A stretch of 64,000 nucleotides of DNA from Octopus sinensis. Taxonomy: Eukaryota. This document shows, in pieces, positions 1 to 12,454 of the stretch (the first letter of the stretch is position 1; the number at the start of each line of letters is the position of its first letter). The notes below the pieces were generated by a model, which had not been told where the DNA came from, did no database searches, and saw only the letters and a list, made by a program, of their open reading frames with translations. Position numbers and translations under genes: made by a program. The stretch spans positions 5,951,360-6,015,359 of the forward strand of contig NC_043019.1 of assembly GCF_006345805.1 (NCBI RefSeq), in the 5' to 3' direction.

Positions 1-429
1 CCAAAAGTACGCTGCAGAAGCTATCGTCTCTCTTCGAATAGTAAGATCTTGATCGGTTTCTAACCCACATTGGAATACAATTTATCGATTTGAATTAATG
101 CAGCTACAATACACCCAAAAGGTCTAGGCTTATTTGTAAATATTATTTCCTCAAAACACTTCAACTCAGAGCAAGCCGACTTCTTTCTTTCTTTGGGGTT
201 ATTGCAGCCGCATGTTCCCGGTTAAGTCAGCTGACCTGTATATTTTCTCCGTTGAAACTCAACGAAACATCCATGCTTAGTCTCCTGGCTATTCCAGATC
301 CCACATTCAGTAACAAACCCTGTTACTCTTTCATGGAACCACACGTCAATGGCATCACCGTGTCTCTCACGTCAAACATTTACATCATCTCCGTTGTCGA
401 AGAATATCTTACAAAACTACAGACACCGA

Positions 430-618
430 ACACCTTCTTCCTCTTCTTGTTCCTCTCCTTCCTCTTCTTCCTTTTCTTCTTTTTCTTCCTCTTCTTGTTC
501 CTCTTGTTCCTTTTCTTCTTCTTCTTCGTCTTCTTCTGCTTCCTCTTCTTTTTCTTCATTTTCTTCTTCTTCTTCGTCTTCTTCCTCCTCCTCCTCCTCC
601 TACCACCACCGCCACCAC

Positions 619-658
<40 letters not shown>

Positions 659-660
659 CT
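430..660. repeat. (CTT)n/(CTC)n/(CTA)n trinucleotide microsatellite
   Basis: Direct tandem repeats; source of the poly-F/S/T ORFs at 252-693. Confidence 0.95.
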
Positions 661-757
661 AGCTATATGAAAGACACACAATGTCTGAGTTGAGACGTTT
701 TGTGTTTCTCTTCTTTCTCTCCTACATCTCCCTCTTTCACCATCTAATTTTCTCCCA

Positions 758-819
<62 letters not shown>

Positions 820-1394
820 CTACCTACCTATCTATCTATCTAGCTATCTACCTATCATAATTTCTTATTTTATATCAGTTGTCACACTATTTCTCCATTT
901 GTTTCCAAAGATTCCATTCAACACTCTCTCTCTCTCTTTCTCTGTCTCTTACTCTCTCTCTCCCTCCCCTCTCTCTCTCTCTCTCTCTCTCTTTCTGCTT
1001 TTTTCTCTCTCTCTCTTCCCCTTTCTGCTTTCTTCGCAATGCCCCACACCAGCTTCCGCACACACTACGCATGTCTCCTATTTTTCTTTAACTTCCTGTA
1101 TATTTTGATTTCCCCTTTATATCTCGTATCTTTCTCCAAGATATCACCATCTCTTAGATGTTCTATCCTTTGTATCACAACGCCTATATTTCCCCACAAC
1201 ACCCCCCCACCGCCACCCCTTCCATTGTTCCTCACCTTTTTATTATTTCCCTTATTTCTATTCCTCCAACACACATTCTTTCTCACTCTGTTCGCCACTA
1301 CTTGCAATCTTCCTCCAATCAATCATTTCTTCTTCAATATTCCCACTACTTTCTAACATCAAAGCATTCCCCTATCCAACTGCCCCCATGTCTC

Positions 1395-1397
1395 CCC

Positions 1398-1435
<38 letters not shown>

Positions 1436-1698
1436 TCTCTCACTCTTTCTCTTTCTCTCTCTTGTTGTATACACATACACTCACACACATATATGTACAT
1501 ATATATGTATATATATACGTATATATACGTATATATATATATGTATATGCAATATATATACACATATATATAGCTGTATTATATATATATACACTATACA
1601 CAACTATATATAATATGTATATATTACACAACTATATATATATATATATACATAATATATATATATATATTATATATATATATTTACACACAACTATA

Positions 1699-1767
<69 letters not shown>

Positions 1768-1903
1768 GTATACAACTAGATAGACAGCTATCTACCTACC
1801 TGCCTACCTAGACAGACAGACAGGCAGACAGATAGACAGACAGACAGACAGGCAGGCAGACAAACAGACAGACAACAACAGACAGACAGACAGACAGACA
1901 GAC

Positions 1904-1986
<83 letters not shown>

Positions 1987-1990
1987 CATG
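1395..1990. repeat. Compound microsatellite field (CT)n,(AT)n,(CAGA)n,(GATA)n
   Basis: Direct tandem repeats. Confidence 0.95.
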
Positions 1991-2403
1991 CCCCACCCTC
2001 ACCAGTAGTTCTCATTCCTACATTCTCCATTGCCGTTTCCTCTCCACTCCAACATGGTAGATATTTATTCCTGTAAGAATCAACATCACCTTTTAACAGA
2101 TATCAACACTTTGAAAGTGCAACAAAACTGGTTTCTGACATTTAATTTCTTATTACAATAGTGCATGCATTCATATAAACAAGTTTGTGTGTGTGTGTGT
2201 GTGTGTGTGTGCTAGTGTGTGTATGTTTGTGTGTGTGTGTGTATGTGCTAGCGTGTGTGTGTTTGTGTGCGTGTGTATACATATAGATATATCTGTATTG
2301 AAATATGCACACACACACGCAAAAATATGCATATATACATAAGTACACACACACACACACACAACACCTACACACCTATATATATATATATATATATATT
2401 ATA

Positions 2404-2445
<42 letters not shown>

Positions 2446-2478
2446 TATATCTATACACGAATACATATATATACGTAC

Positions 2479-2509
<31 letters not shown>

Positions 2510-2836
2510 AAAATACATATATACACAGACATATATATGTATGTAAATATACATATTTATGTACATATGTATATATGTGTGTGAGTGTATGTGTGCATGT
2601 GTGTGCATACACACACGTTTTTGTATTTATATGTCTGTATGTACATGTGTGTGTGTATGTGTTTATTTGTCGTAAGTATATGTGTGAGTGTATATACTTG
2701 AATATCTCTGAGTTCTAATTGCTTTAGGAAATATTTGACAATTTTATTAGTTTTGGGGAGAGCATCATGCTGTTCAAGTATACAAGAAAATCATTCTATG
2801 CATACATTCAGATATACATACATACATATTATGTAT

Positions 2837-2880
<44 letters not shown>

Positions 2881-2896
2881 TATATATATATTTTAT

Positions 2897-3326
2897 GAGC
2901 GCAGGAGTGGGCTGTGTGGTAAGTAGCTGCCAACCAACCACATGGTTCCGGGTTCGTCCCACTGCGTGGCATCTTGGGCAAGTGTCTTCTGCTATAGGCC
3001 CCGGGCCGACCAATGCCTTGTGAGTGGATTTGGTAGACGGAAACGAAAGAAGCCTGTCGTATATATGTATATATATATAAAGTGTGTGTGTGTATATGTT
3101 TGTGTGTCTGTGTTTGTCCCCCTAACATTGCTTGACAACCGATGCTGGTGTGTTTACGTCCCGTCACCTAGCGGTTCGGCAAAAAGAGACGATAGAATAA
3201 GTACTACTGGCTTACAAAAAGAATAAGTCCCGGAGTCGACTTGCTCGACTAAAGGCGGTGCTCCAGCATGGCCGTAGTCAAATGACTGAAACAAGTAAAA
3301 GAGTAAAAGAGTAAAAGAGTAAAGAG
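2897..3326 (+). mobile_element. tRNA-derived SINE, family A (head ggcgcaggagtggctgtgtggtaag..., internal AT/GT microsatellite, (GAGTAAAA)n tail)
   Basis: A-box-like TGGCTGTGTGG and B-box-like GGTTCGTCCC (GGTTCAGTCCC in other copies); about 20 related copies in the window. Confidence 0.9.
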
Positions 3327-3340
3327 TATATATATATATG

Positions 3341-3921
3341 CGAGGGCGTACCCATAAGTAACCGGAAACGTTCTCTGTAGGACAAGCCCGTTGTAGTTCA
3401 GGCCTCCGCTGCTAGATACTACTTGGTGCGATCCTCAGGCATCTGTCTGCCGACCGGCGGCGTCGGCCGAGGTCATACAATTCCCAAACTTATTGATATG
3501 CCTGATGTGGCCTGGAAACGAACTTTGAAGGAGGAATTGCGAATGAAAAGATTCTCAACAAAATTTGTGCCTCGCTTGTTCAGGGAAGATCAAAAGCAAT
3601 CACGATTGAATATATGTTGTGAACCAAAAGAACAGTTGGAAGTTGATCCGGATCTTTCTTCGAAGGTCATCGCCGGTGACGAAGGCTGGTGCTAAGGAAT
3701 TTGCAGGTGTGGGAGAGGTGAAGAAAAAAACGACGACGGAGGAGTTAAAAAGCATCACTTCGCAAGAGTTCCACCACCGCTTTGAATAGTGAAGAATGCG
3801 CCTGAACCGATGCATTGCTTCAAATGGAGAATAATTTGAAGGCGATAAAAAGTGTAAACATGTAAAACTAAGTGAACAAAATAATATTGCAAAATTCCGG
3901 TTTCTTTTGGGTACCTTCTCG
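3341..3921 (+). mobile_element. Internally deleted mariner (Tc1/mariner) element
   Basis: Imperfect TIRs cgagggcgtacccataagtaaccggaa / ttccggtttcttttgggtaccttctcg in TA-rich flanks. Translation KFVPRL (WVPHEL-like) and VIAGDEGWC (first catalytic D, TGDE-like), then a jump to C-terminal RLNRCIASNGE*FEGD. Confidence 0.9.
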
Positions 3922-3986
3922 ATATATATCTCTCGTTTATGGACTATTAAGACACTAAAAGAGAATAACTCTCCCCAGACACAAAC

Positions 3987-4060
<74 letters not shown>

Positions 4061-4180
4061 ATATATACAAAGAGCAATAAAGATTCAAGTTAATTTAAAA
4101 AAATTTACTTGAATATGGTACCTAACTTAGATGCACCAAAAAAACTATACTGATTTAACAATACAGTAATGTGGGGTGAT

Positions 4181-4596
4181 TATAAGCGAGAAAGAAGCAA
4201 CAAGATGGATAGGTTTTTAGTACGATCGTTTCATACAAGGACAGGTTTTATTAAAAGTTGCAAAGATTACAGCATATAAACGAGTCCCCGTACTCATCAG
4301 CTAAAATACATGTAAGTTCTCTAGACATCTAGTGTTTGAGGCTATACTCTGAAGTAATGTAGATAATTAACAGATTTCTAAAGAACTTTAATGAACTTTA
4401 GAAATCTGTTTAATTATCTACATTACTTCATGAGTATAGCCTCAAACACTAGGAGTCTAGGAACTTACATGTATTTTAGCTGATGAGTACGGACTCGTTT
4501 ATATTCTGTAATCTTTGCAACTGTTAATAAAACCTGTCCTTGTATGAACGATCGTACTAAAAACCCTATCCATTCTTGTTGCTTCTTTCTCGCTTA

Positions 4597-4598
<2 letters not shown>
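4181..4598. mobile_element. Foldback element (about 200-bp arms) with outward-facing hammerhead ribozymes; probable Penelope pLTR-derived
   Basis: 4181-4389 is the near-perfect reverse complement of 4395-4598; HHR fold in each arm. Confidence 0.85.
4215..4306 (-). ncRNA. Type I hammerhead ribozyme, canonical core, extended helix II
   Basis: UUUUAG-CUGAUGA-GUACGGGGAC...GUCCUUGUAU-GAA-ACGAUCGU-A^CUAAAA: 6-bp helix I, 10-bp helix II, palindromic helix III, GUA triplet. Confidence 0.8.
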
Positions 4599-4645
<47 letters not shown>

Positions 4646-4648
<3 letters not shown>

Positions 4649-4790
4649 GCATGGCTGTGTGGTTAGAGAGCTTGCTTCCTAGCTACATGGTTTCGGGTTC
4701 AGTCCCACTGCGTGGCACTTTGGGTAGGTGTCTTCCGCTATAGCCCGAGCCGAACCGAGCTTTGTGATTGAATCGGTAGGTGGAAGTTAC
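4646..4790 (+). mobile_element. SINE family A, 5' fragment
   Basis: Matches the head of 2897-3326. Confidence 0.8.
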
Positions 4791-5384
4791 TGCCGTGTGT
4801 GTATGTGTGCGTATAGCTGCTCAGTGCCTCTCCGAAAGAGAGAGAGAGGGATATGTAACTGAGAATGTGTTGTGTGTCTGTCTGTATGTGTGCATCACTA
4901 AAACTCGAGAACTACACATCCGATTTCATTCAAATTTTACACATGCCTCAATTAGGGTCCATGCAAAACATTTTCAATTTCTTGCCTAATGCCAACCCAG
5001 AGGCATGTCTTATTTCTTACACTTTTTCAGTATTACGTGTCCAAAGTGAAACAATAACAACTCTATTGTAATGGGAGATACTTTCAGTTTTAATACTTTC
5101 AATATGAATCCTGAAACTATTATCTCAATTATATACATGCATACACACACACATAGTTCTTATTCTTTTTCTTTTTGTAGTTTCAGCTCAGAGCTGTGGC
5201 CATGGTGGGGCACCGCCGTTTGCTACACTGTTGTTACTGAGAACCTCTCCCCAATATGTGGCACTTAGTGAAGAATGGTGTTTGATGTCGCTACCCTAAT
5301 TTGGACCTCATGTCGTGAGGTAGATTCATCTGGGACTCTCGACAGGAAGAGGTCCAGTTTTTATTTGAAAACACCTACATCCAC

Positions 5385-5658
5385 TTTATTACATCCCTTC
5401 ATCGGAGATGGTGTGAGAAGATGGTTAAGCAATAGTTAATTTAGATAAGATACGAAATAGAGAGTGAAGTGGAGGAATGAAAATAGATGTGAGAAATGCA
5501 GGGATATTGTATTTATCCCTGCATATCTCACATCTATTTTCTTTCCTCCACCTCACTCTCTATTTCGTATCTTATCTAAATTAACTATTGCTTAACCATT
5601 TTCTCACACAGTCTCTGATGAAGAGATATAATAAATATCATAGAAACAGCTGTAAGAC
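5385..5658. mobile_element. Foldback element (about 120-bp arms, centre about 5510) with HHR in the right arm
   Basis: 5385-5507 is the reverse complement of 5514-5635. Confidence 0.8.
5611..5658 (+). ncRNA. Type I hammerhead ribozyme (helix II partly decayed)
   Basis: GUCU-CUGAUGA-AGAGAUA(UAAUAAA)UAUCAUA-GAA-ACAGCUGU-A^AGAC. Confidence 0.7.
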
Positions 5659-5729
5659 CTTCTATATATAAATGTTCTAAAGTCGTCACAGCCTTGTTTT
5701 TTTATCTCAACCTGTAAAACAATTTTTTG

Positions 5730-5771
5730 TATATATATATTCGTATATATATATATATGCATATGTATCTC

Positions 5772-5803
<32 letters not shown>

Positions 5804-6047
5804 GTACGTATGTCTATATGTATATATACATGTATATATACACACATATATATGTATATATGCATATATATATGTATATATAAATATTACATGCATATAT
5901 AAACATATATGTATATGTTTATATATATATGATATATATATATGTATATATGCATATATATATTGTGTATATATGAATATATATATATGTATATATGCAT
6001 ATATATATTGTGTATATATATACATGTATATATACATGTATATATGC

Positions 6048-6116
<69 letters not shown>

Positions 6117-6250
6117 GCATACATGTATATATACATCTACATGTATATATTATATATATGTCTGTATCCATATATGTATATATGTAGATAAATAGATACG
6201 CACGTAAACACACATACTGCTATCCGTATATATATATATATATATATGCA
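5730..6250. repeat. (AT)n-derived microsatellite field
   Basis: Direct tandem repeats. Confidence 0.95.
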
Positions 6251-6819
6251 TCAACACGCGCCCATGCGAAGGCAAACTGAGAGACGTCTGGAGACGGTGG
6301 AGGTATTTATGGAAAATACCTGAAAACAGAATATTCGGATGAAGATAAAACTATGACATTTGAGAAACTTCATGGACGCAAGTGAAAGAATGTTTGTACG
6401 TGTGCGTGTGTATGTGTGTGTGTGCGTGTATGTGTGTGTGTGTAGAGTGTGAGTGTGTGTGTAACTGAGTGAGAGAAAGAGATTGAGACAGCACCGAGTA
6501 GCAAGACAAAATAGATAGAAAGATAGATAGATATGTATAGGTGTATATAAAGCCATACATATTATACATGTATGCATGTGTGTTTGTGACAATGTGAGTG
6601 TGTGTATGTTTGTATGTGTGTGTGTGTGTGTCCGTGCCTGTGTGTATGTGGGAATGAGACAGCACTAAGTGTGAATGAGAACGTGACTGAGACAGCACCA
6701 AGTAGCTAGATAAAATAGATAGAAAGATAGACAGACAAATATGTATATATAAAAGCATACATACATACGTGTGTGCGAGTATGTTTGCGCGCGCGCAAGT
6801 GTGTGTGTGAAGTCTCCAA

Positions 6820-7110
6820 CTAACAGCGGATCTCAAGGCATTCGAATGCTGTTACTTCACGATCATTGATTCAGTGTAAAAGATAAGCTACAGGGACAGG
6901 CTAAAAGTTCTAAGGCTCCACTCCCTAGAGCTAAGGTGCGAAAGAATGACCCTTGAAGTTTTAGCACCTGACTTTGAGACTGTTGGCTTCGGACGATCCT
7001 TTCCGTTTTACATGAATAGGGACCACTTCCAAATATTCTCCGATGAATGTGTTTTTGTGAAATACAGCTGCCGTGAATCTTCATCAAGTGCGAGTTAGCA
7101 CCTCAACCAA
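6820..7110 (+). mobile_element. Decayed CR1/L2-like LINE ORF2 3' fragment
   Basis: Translation KISYRDRLKVLRLHSLELR resembles the post-RT 'SYxERLxxLxLxSLxxRR' motif; stops present. Confidence 0.55.
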
Positions 7111-7141
7111 GGTAAGTTTATTATCCTTTAGTTCTTACAGT

Positions 7142-7490
7142 GAAGGCGCATGGCTCAGTGGTTAGAGCGTCGAGCTTACGATCATGAGGTTATGAGCTCA
7201 ATCCCGGACCGGGCTGCGTGTTGAGTTCTTGAGCAAGACACTTATTTTCACGTTGCTCCAATTCACTCAGCTGTAGAAATGAGTAGCGATATCACTTGTG
7301 CCAAGCTGTATCGGCCCCTTTGCCATTCCTTTCGATAACATTAGTGGCGTGGAGAAGGAGAGGCTGGTATGCATGAGCAATTGCTGGTCTTCCATAAACA
7401 ACCTTGCCCGAACTTGTGCCTTGTGGGGGGGGTAACTTTCTAGGTGCAATCCCATGGCCTGTGTCGTGACCGAAGGGGGGCTCATTTCTT
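7142..7490 (+). mobile_element. tRNA-derived SINE, group C (CORE-like central domain)
   Basis: A-box TGGCTCAGTGG, B-box-like GAGCTCAATCCC, then ttgagcaagacac...cactcagctgtagaaatgagt. Confidence 0.7.
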
Positions 7491-7540
7491 ACTGTGAACT
7501 GTATTGTAGGTCACATGATCCAGCTGTATTTTGTTTCTAC

Positions 7541-7690
7541 CAGCAGAAGTTCGCCATTACCTTCTGCCGGAGCCGCGTGGAGCTTAGGTGCTTCGCTCAT
7601 AAACACACACATCGCTCGGTCTGAGATTCGAACCCGCGATCCCTCGACCGCGACTCCGTTGCGCTAACCACTAGGCCATGTGCCTCCACT
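7541..7690 (-). mobile_element. SINE group C head, part of a copy of 12601-12796
   Basis: Reverse complement of ggaggcacatggcctagtggttag...gggttcgaatctc; near-identical to 12601-12750. Confidence 0.8.
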
Positions 7691-10204
7691 ATTTGAATTA
7701 GCTAAGTCATAATTTTAACTAGACTATTTACTTGGTAGAAACATTTGGGTCACATGATCCAGCTGTATTTTGTTTCTACCAAGTATGAAGATGTCATGTA
7801 CATATCTCAGAGCCAGATGATACGGCTTAAGTGGTGTAGTTCCTAAACACATCTCCACAAAGTATTCCGTGGAGATCAAAAATAAAAACACAAACAACGT
7901 GAGTCAAAAGGATGTACACAGTGAATGTATTAGGTTGATGCTCAGTTTAAGATAGAAAAAGGAGGCGATGTGATCTTTCAAGCATGACTCTTACTGAAGA
8001 AGAGAAGGAAAAGAATAATACGAGAAAAGCATGTGTATGATTTTGAAGGCTGAAATATATATATATTTACCATCACTGGCGATAATAGCCCTTGGGGCTA
8101 TCGATCATACTGTCCAACAGCCCTAATTGATATGGTATTAAGAATGGAGCAGGCAATGATTTAACATCTCTGTTGTGACTTCCAGATTTCCTACATATTC
8201 AAGAAGTGGTCGCAACAAATTGCCATAACATACTTAAACTTGAATAAAGTCGCCTTTGTGATAAAGAGTTATTACAATAATATTCCTATGGACTTGAAGA
8301 TTTATTTCATTATTCCCAAAACGAATTGAAGGTTATCGAATTTGATACTGGCAGGAGAATTTATGATATGTTAGGCAATCACTGAACCAAATACATGATG
8401 CTTTATCTTCAGTATTCCGCATAGAAGATAGGGTCACTCAAAGTTTAATTCCATTTCTTGTATTTCAGGTGGTATCATCTGTATCTAATAACATCATCAG
8501 AATACAAAAATATTTTTATAAATGATGTAATACTGATGTATTATAAAAGATGTAATACTGAAAAACAGTAAATTATCAGGAATTGATGAAAACAATGTAA
8601 GTAGCACCGGAATCATTAATAATAATTATCTCAGTGGAAAGACAACACGTGATTTAATTTACGGATGATGCTTTTCGTGATGACGATTCCTATGTTTAAA
8701 GAATATCTGAAACACACTTTTGGTTCTCGAGCACTGATCAATTGAGAATTTAGTATTTCTATCTCGCAACTTGGATTTGATAGCGTTGGCAAGACCAAAA
8801 GTCGTTTTATTTTGACAACCACAACATCATGCCTGTTCAAACCATATTAATTCACAACTGTAGCTAAAATTTGGTAAACTAAAATATCTGTACTCTCATC
8901 CATTACGATAGAAATGTTATGTCTTACAGATATGGAAGACTGTTCCCAATTGAATGGTATATGAACGGAATTACAGCCGAAAGCAACTCATGAACTCTCT
9001 CACCTCTATCATTGCTCTAGCTGGCCACCTCCTGCCCATTGTACCTGAAAGCAAACTAAATTAATTTGATGTACTGTTATTCAGCAACATTTTCTGTAGA
9101 GCTCTGCACTTAAACGATAACACAATTGGACAAGTTAAAGATATAAGAAAAATACACTTTATAATACAAAATAGAATTTTTTTATCTAAAATTAAGGTTA
9201 ATTCAACCTTCTTACCACATTTGTCATTGTGCATTCAAAAAATATTCTTGCTAATGAGTTGTGCCAACAAAAAAAAAACTCTAATTTGTTAAAGGCAGAG
9301 AGGGCAAAAAATGTATAAATATATAACAAAATTAGTAGAAAATGTTATAGAATGTTGCACGAGGGGAATCGGAAATGAATTAATCAGAATTTGGAAGAAA
9401 GAGCTGTAAGCATAAGATGCTTTAAAAAGAATTTAAAAAAAAGAAAATCACAAATTGTTTTTTCCATTAGGAAGAGCTGAAGAGAAATAACTATTGAATA
9501 TCCCAATAAAAATAAATAAAAGAAACTATTATATTTCTATTTAAATTGGATATTTTAGAATCTTTTTCTCTTGGTTTTCTTGCGAACTCATGTAAAAGGT
9601 TTTCTTCAAATTTCAATGGCAGCTCTTGTTAAAACATTATACAATAGGAGTTTGAATAATCTATAATTATAATATAGATCAAATTAAATCAGTGAAAATT
9701 CTTACACGATTATTTCAGTTTCAAATCTCTACATCTATAAAATTTGTATTTTTCTGATATAAAGAACACTTTGGTTTATACAACTGTAGCTGTAGAAGCC
9801 GGAAACGTTATGTGTCCTCAATGATGCTTGTTTTAACAGTTTCTGTTCTAAACTAAATAAATTTTCTTGATTTCGTTAAACATCTGAACCATTCGTTAAT
9901 ACACACACACTTTCTTGTGCTCAAATAATAAAACGGATATGTGGTGCGGAATCGTAGGAATAGGTATATATGTGAAATAGGATGCTTCAACGGGAACGCA
10001 GTACTATAACACAAATACATCCCAACAAATATTACCCCAACAGAATCCCTAACGAACACAATTTGCCACAAAAGCTCTCACGCTGAGTATTTAGTAATAA
10101 CCGAATTATCAACGGTGGATCGTGTAGACTAAAATGATGTATCTGACAATTCTTTGGAAACAACGCTGTAGTTCACAGTACTTTGGTGAAACAAACGTCC
10201 TATA

Positions 10205-10590
10205 GGCGCAGGAGTGGCTGTGTGGTAAGTAGCTTGCTAACCAACCACATGGTTTCGGGTTCAGTCCCACTGCGTGGCATCTTGGGCAAGTGTCTTCTGC
10301 TATAGCCCCGGGCCGACCAATGCCTTGTGAGTGGATTTGGTAGACGGAAACTGAAAAAAGCCTGTCGTATATATATATGTGTATGTGTGTGTTTGTGTGT
10401 CTGTTTTTGTCCCCCTAGCATTGCTTGACGACCGATGCTGGTGTGTTTATGTCCCCGTCACTTAGCGGTTCGGCAAAAGAGACCGATAGAATAAGTACTG
10501 GGCTTACAAAGAATAAGTCCCGGGGATCGATTTGCTCGACTAAAGGCGGTGCTCCAGCATGGCCACAGTCACGTGACTGAAACAAGTAAA
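10205..10590 (+). mobile_element. SINE family A
   Basis: Full-length match to 2897-3326. Confidence 0.9.
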
Positions 10591-11195
10591 AAAAAAAAAG
10601 AAAAAAAATAACTGTGAAATACAGAGAATTGTAACGTGTGCTGGTGTCCCCGCTGTGAATTATTTTCTTCTTTTGGGTAAAGATATAAAACTTGATGCAT
10701 TGATATTTCACTCCTTTACCTTTCACAACCTTTTCCGTCTCTTGTTGTATTTCTCTTTTATTGTCGTTGATGTATCTATTTTCCAAACACAGGATATATC
10801 ATATTCGGTCCATTAAGAACTTGGTTTCTTTAATCTCACTTTCTACGTATACAAGCTGGTTAACATGACTACAGTATCGACCAGTACGACGATGATGCCA
10901 TGTTTATTCCAATGAAAAACCATCTTACGACTATAGCTAAAATGTGGGTAACTAAAATATTTGTATTATCAATTACGATAGAACAGTTGTGTGTCTTGCA
11001 GACATTCCTTAACACTAGAGTTCCATGGAAAGCTGTTCCCTCCGGAATGACGTGTGAACGTTAGATTCTTTTCTTTGATAAATTCTTCTTATGAGATATT
11101 TAGAAATTTAATATTTCTGATTTTGATGATCAGTGAATAAACTTCACTGAAAATTAGATATATATATTTACGAAGTCTAGACAGGCTTCTGCTAC

Positions 11196-11242
11196 TCTAG
11201 ACCGATGATGGGCAAAGACCCTGAAACATGCGTGTCTCTAGA
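11196..11242 (+). ncRNA. Hammerhead ribozyme fold with U4C core (CCGAUGA)
   Basis: UCUAGA-CCGAUGA-UGGG(CAAAGA)CCCU-GAA-ACAUGCGUGU-C^UCUAGA. Confidence 0.6.
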
Positions 11243-11875
11243 TGCAGGCCTAGCTGTTGGGGGTATTTGTCTCCCCTTCGTAAATATATAAGGACACAGA
11301 AAATGTGTCGAAGCCGACAGGAAGCGTCGATGCTTCCTAGGGCTAAACAGCGGTGGTGTAATCCCCTACTGTCACGTTAAATTGACAGTATACAACCATT
11401 ATATCGCCCCACCACCGTACATATCTCTATGAGAGATTTAGAAATTTAATATTTGTTCTTATTTATTGTCTACAAATGCTATCCTAAATATTGTCAGAAA
11501 TTTATCAATGTTTCAAAAGAGAATTTTATGTTCAGCAAAATATTTCGATCATAAGTACCGGACCAGACGTTTGTGAGAAGGAGTGGATCATTTAAATCGA
11601 TTCCAGTACTTGGTTGGTATTCATTTTATCGACCCAGGAGAGTTTAAAAGTAAATTTCAACTCATAACCTTGTATGATAATAAAAAGTGAGAGGGAGTCA
11701 GAGATACGTGTGATGAAAATGGGAAAACCAGAAAAGAGAGAATGGAGGGCAAATGATCGGGTTGGGAGGCTTGATTTTCAAAAGAATGGTCGTGAAACTA
11801 AGAATTGCGGAAGGTGGGAGATCCAAGGAAATTTGTTTAAAAGAGGGAATGGTATATTAAATAGTCCCCTTAATA

Positions 11876-12270
11876 GGCGCAGGCGTGACTGCGTAGTAAG
11901 AAACTCGCTTCCCAACCACATGGTGCCGGGTTCAATCACACTGCGTGAGACCTTGGGTGTCTCCTGCTATAGCCTCGTGCAGACCAGACCTTTGTAAGTG
12001 AATTTAGTAATCGGAAACTGAAAGAAGCCCGTCGTACACATATGTATTTATGTGTGTATGTCTGTGTTTGTCCTCCCGCCGTCGCTTGACAACTGATGCT
12101 TGTGTTTTTGTCTCCGTAATATAGCGGTTCGGCTAATGAGACGGATAAAATAAGTACTAGGCTTACAAAAAATAAGTCCCGGGGTCGATTTCTTCGACTA
12201 AAACCCTTTAAGGCAGTACCGAGGCATAGCCGCAATCAAATGACTGAAACAGTTAAAAGAATAAAAGAAT
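11876..12270 (+). mobile_element. SINE family A, diverged
   Basis: Same head, body and tail with many substitutions. Confidence 0.8.
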
Positions 12271-12454
12271 AATCTGAAAAATAAGCAGCGAAACATGTTG
12301 GTGACTTGGTTTCGTATAGGTGATTCATGCGTTTAATTAAGGATGGAGCTGCTAAAAAAATATGAATTAAAATATAAATATATAAGGATGGACTATGAAA
12401 ACCACTGTTGAGGATTTCAAATCGAAGTAAGTTCCATTTGAATTGTTGTTTATT

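Noticed and set aside
237-410. Minus-strand exon-like frame with one in-frame TGA (selenocysteine?)
   Set aside because: It is the complement register of the + strand frame, no selenoprotein motif or SECIS was recognised, and the donor is weak.
11290-11420. Possible HDV-like or twister ribozyme
   Set aside because: Could not build the P1/P2/P3/P1.1 pseudoknot or the twister consensus; kept only as a multi-hairpin segment.
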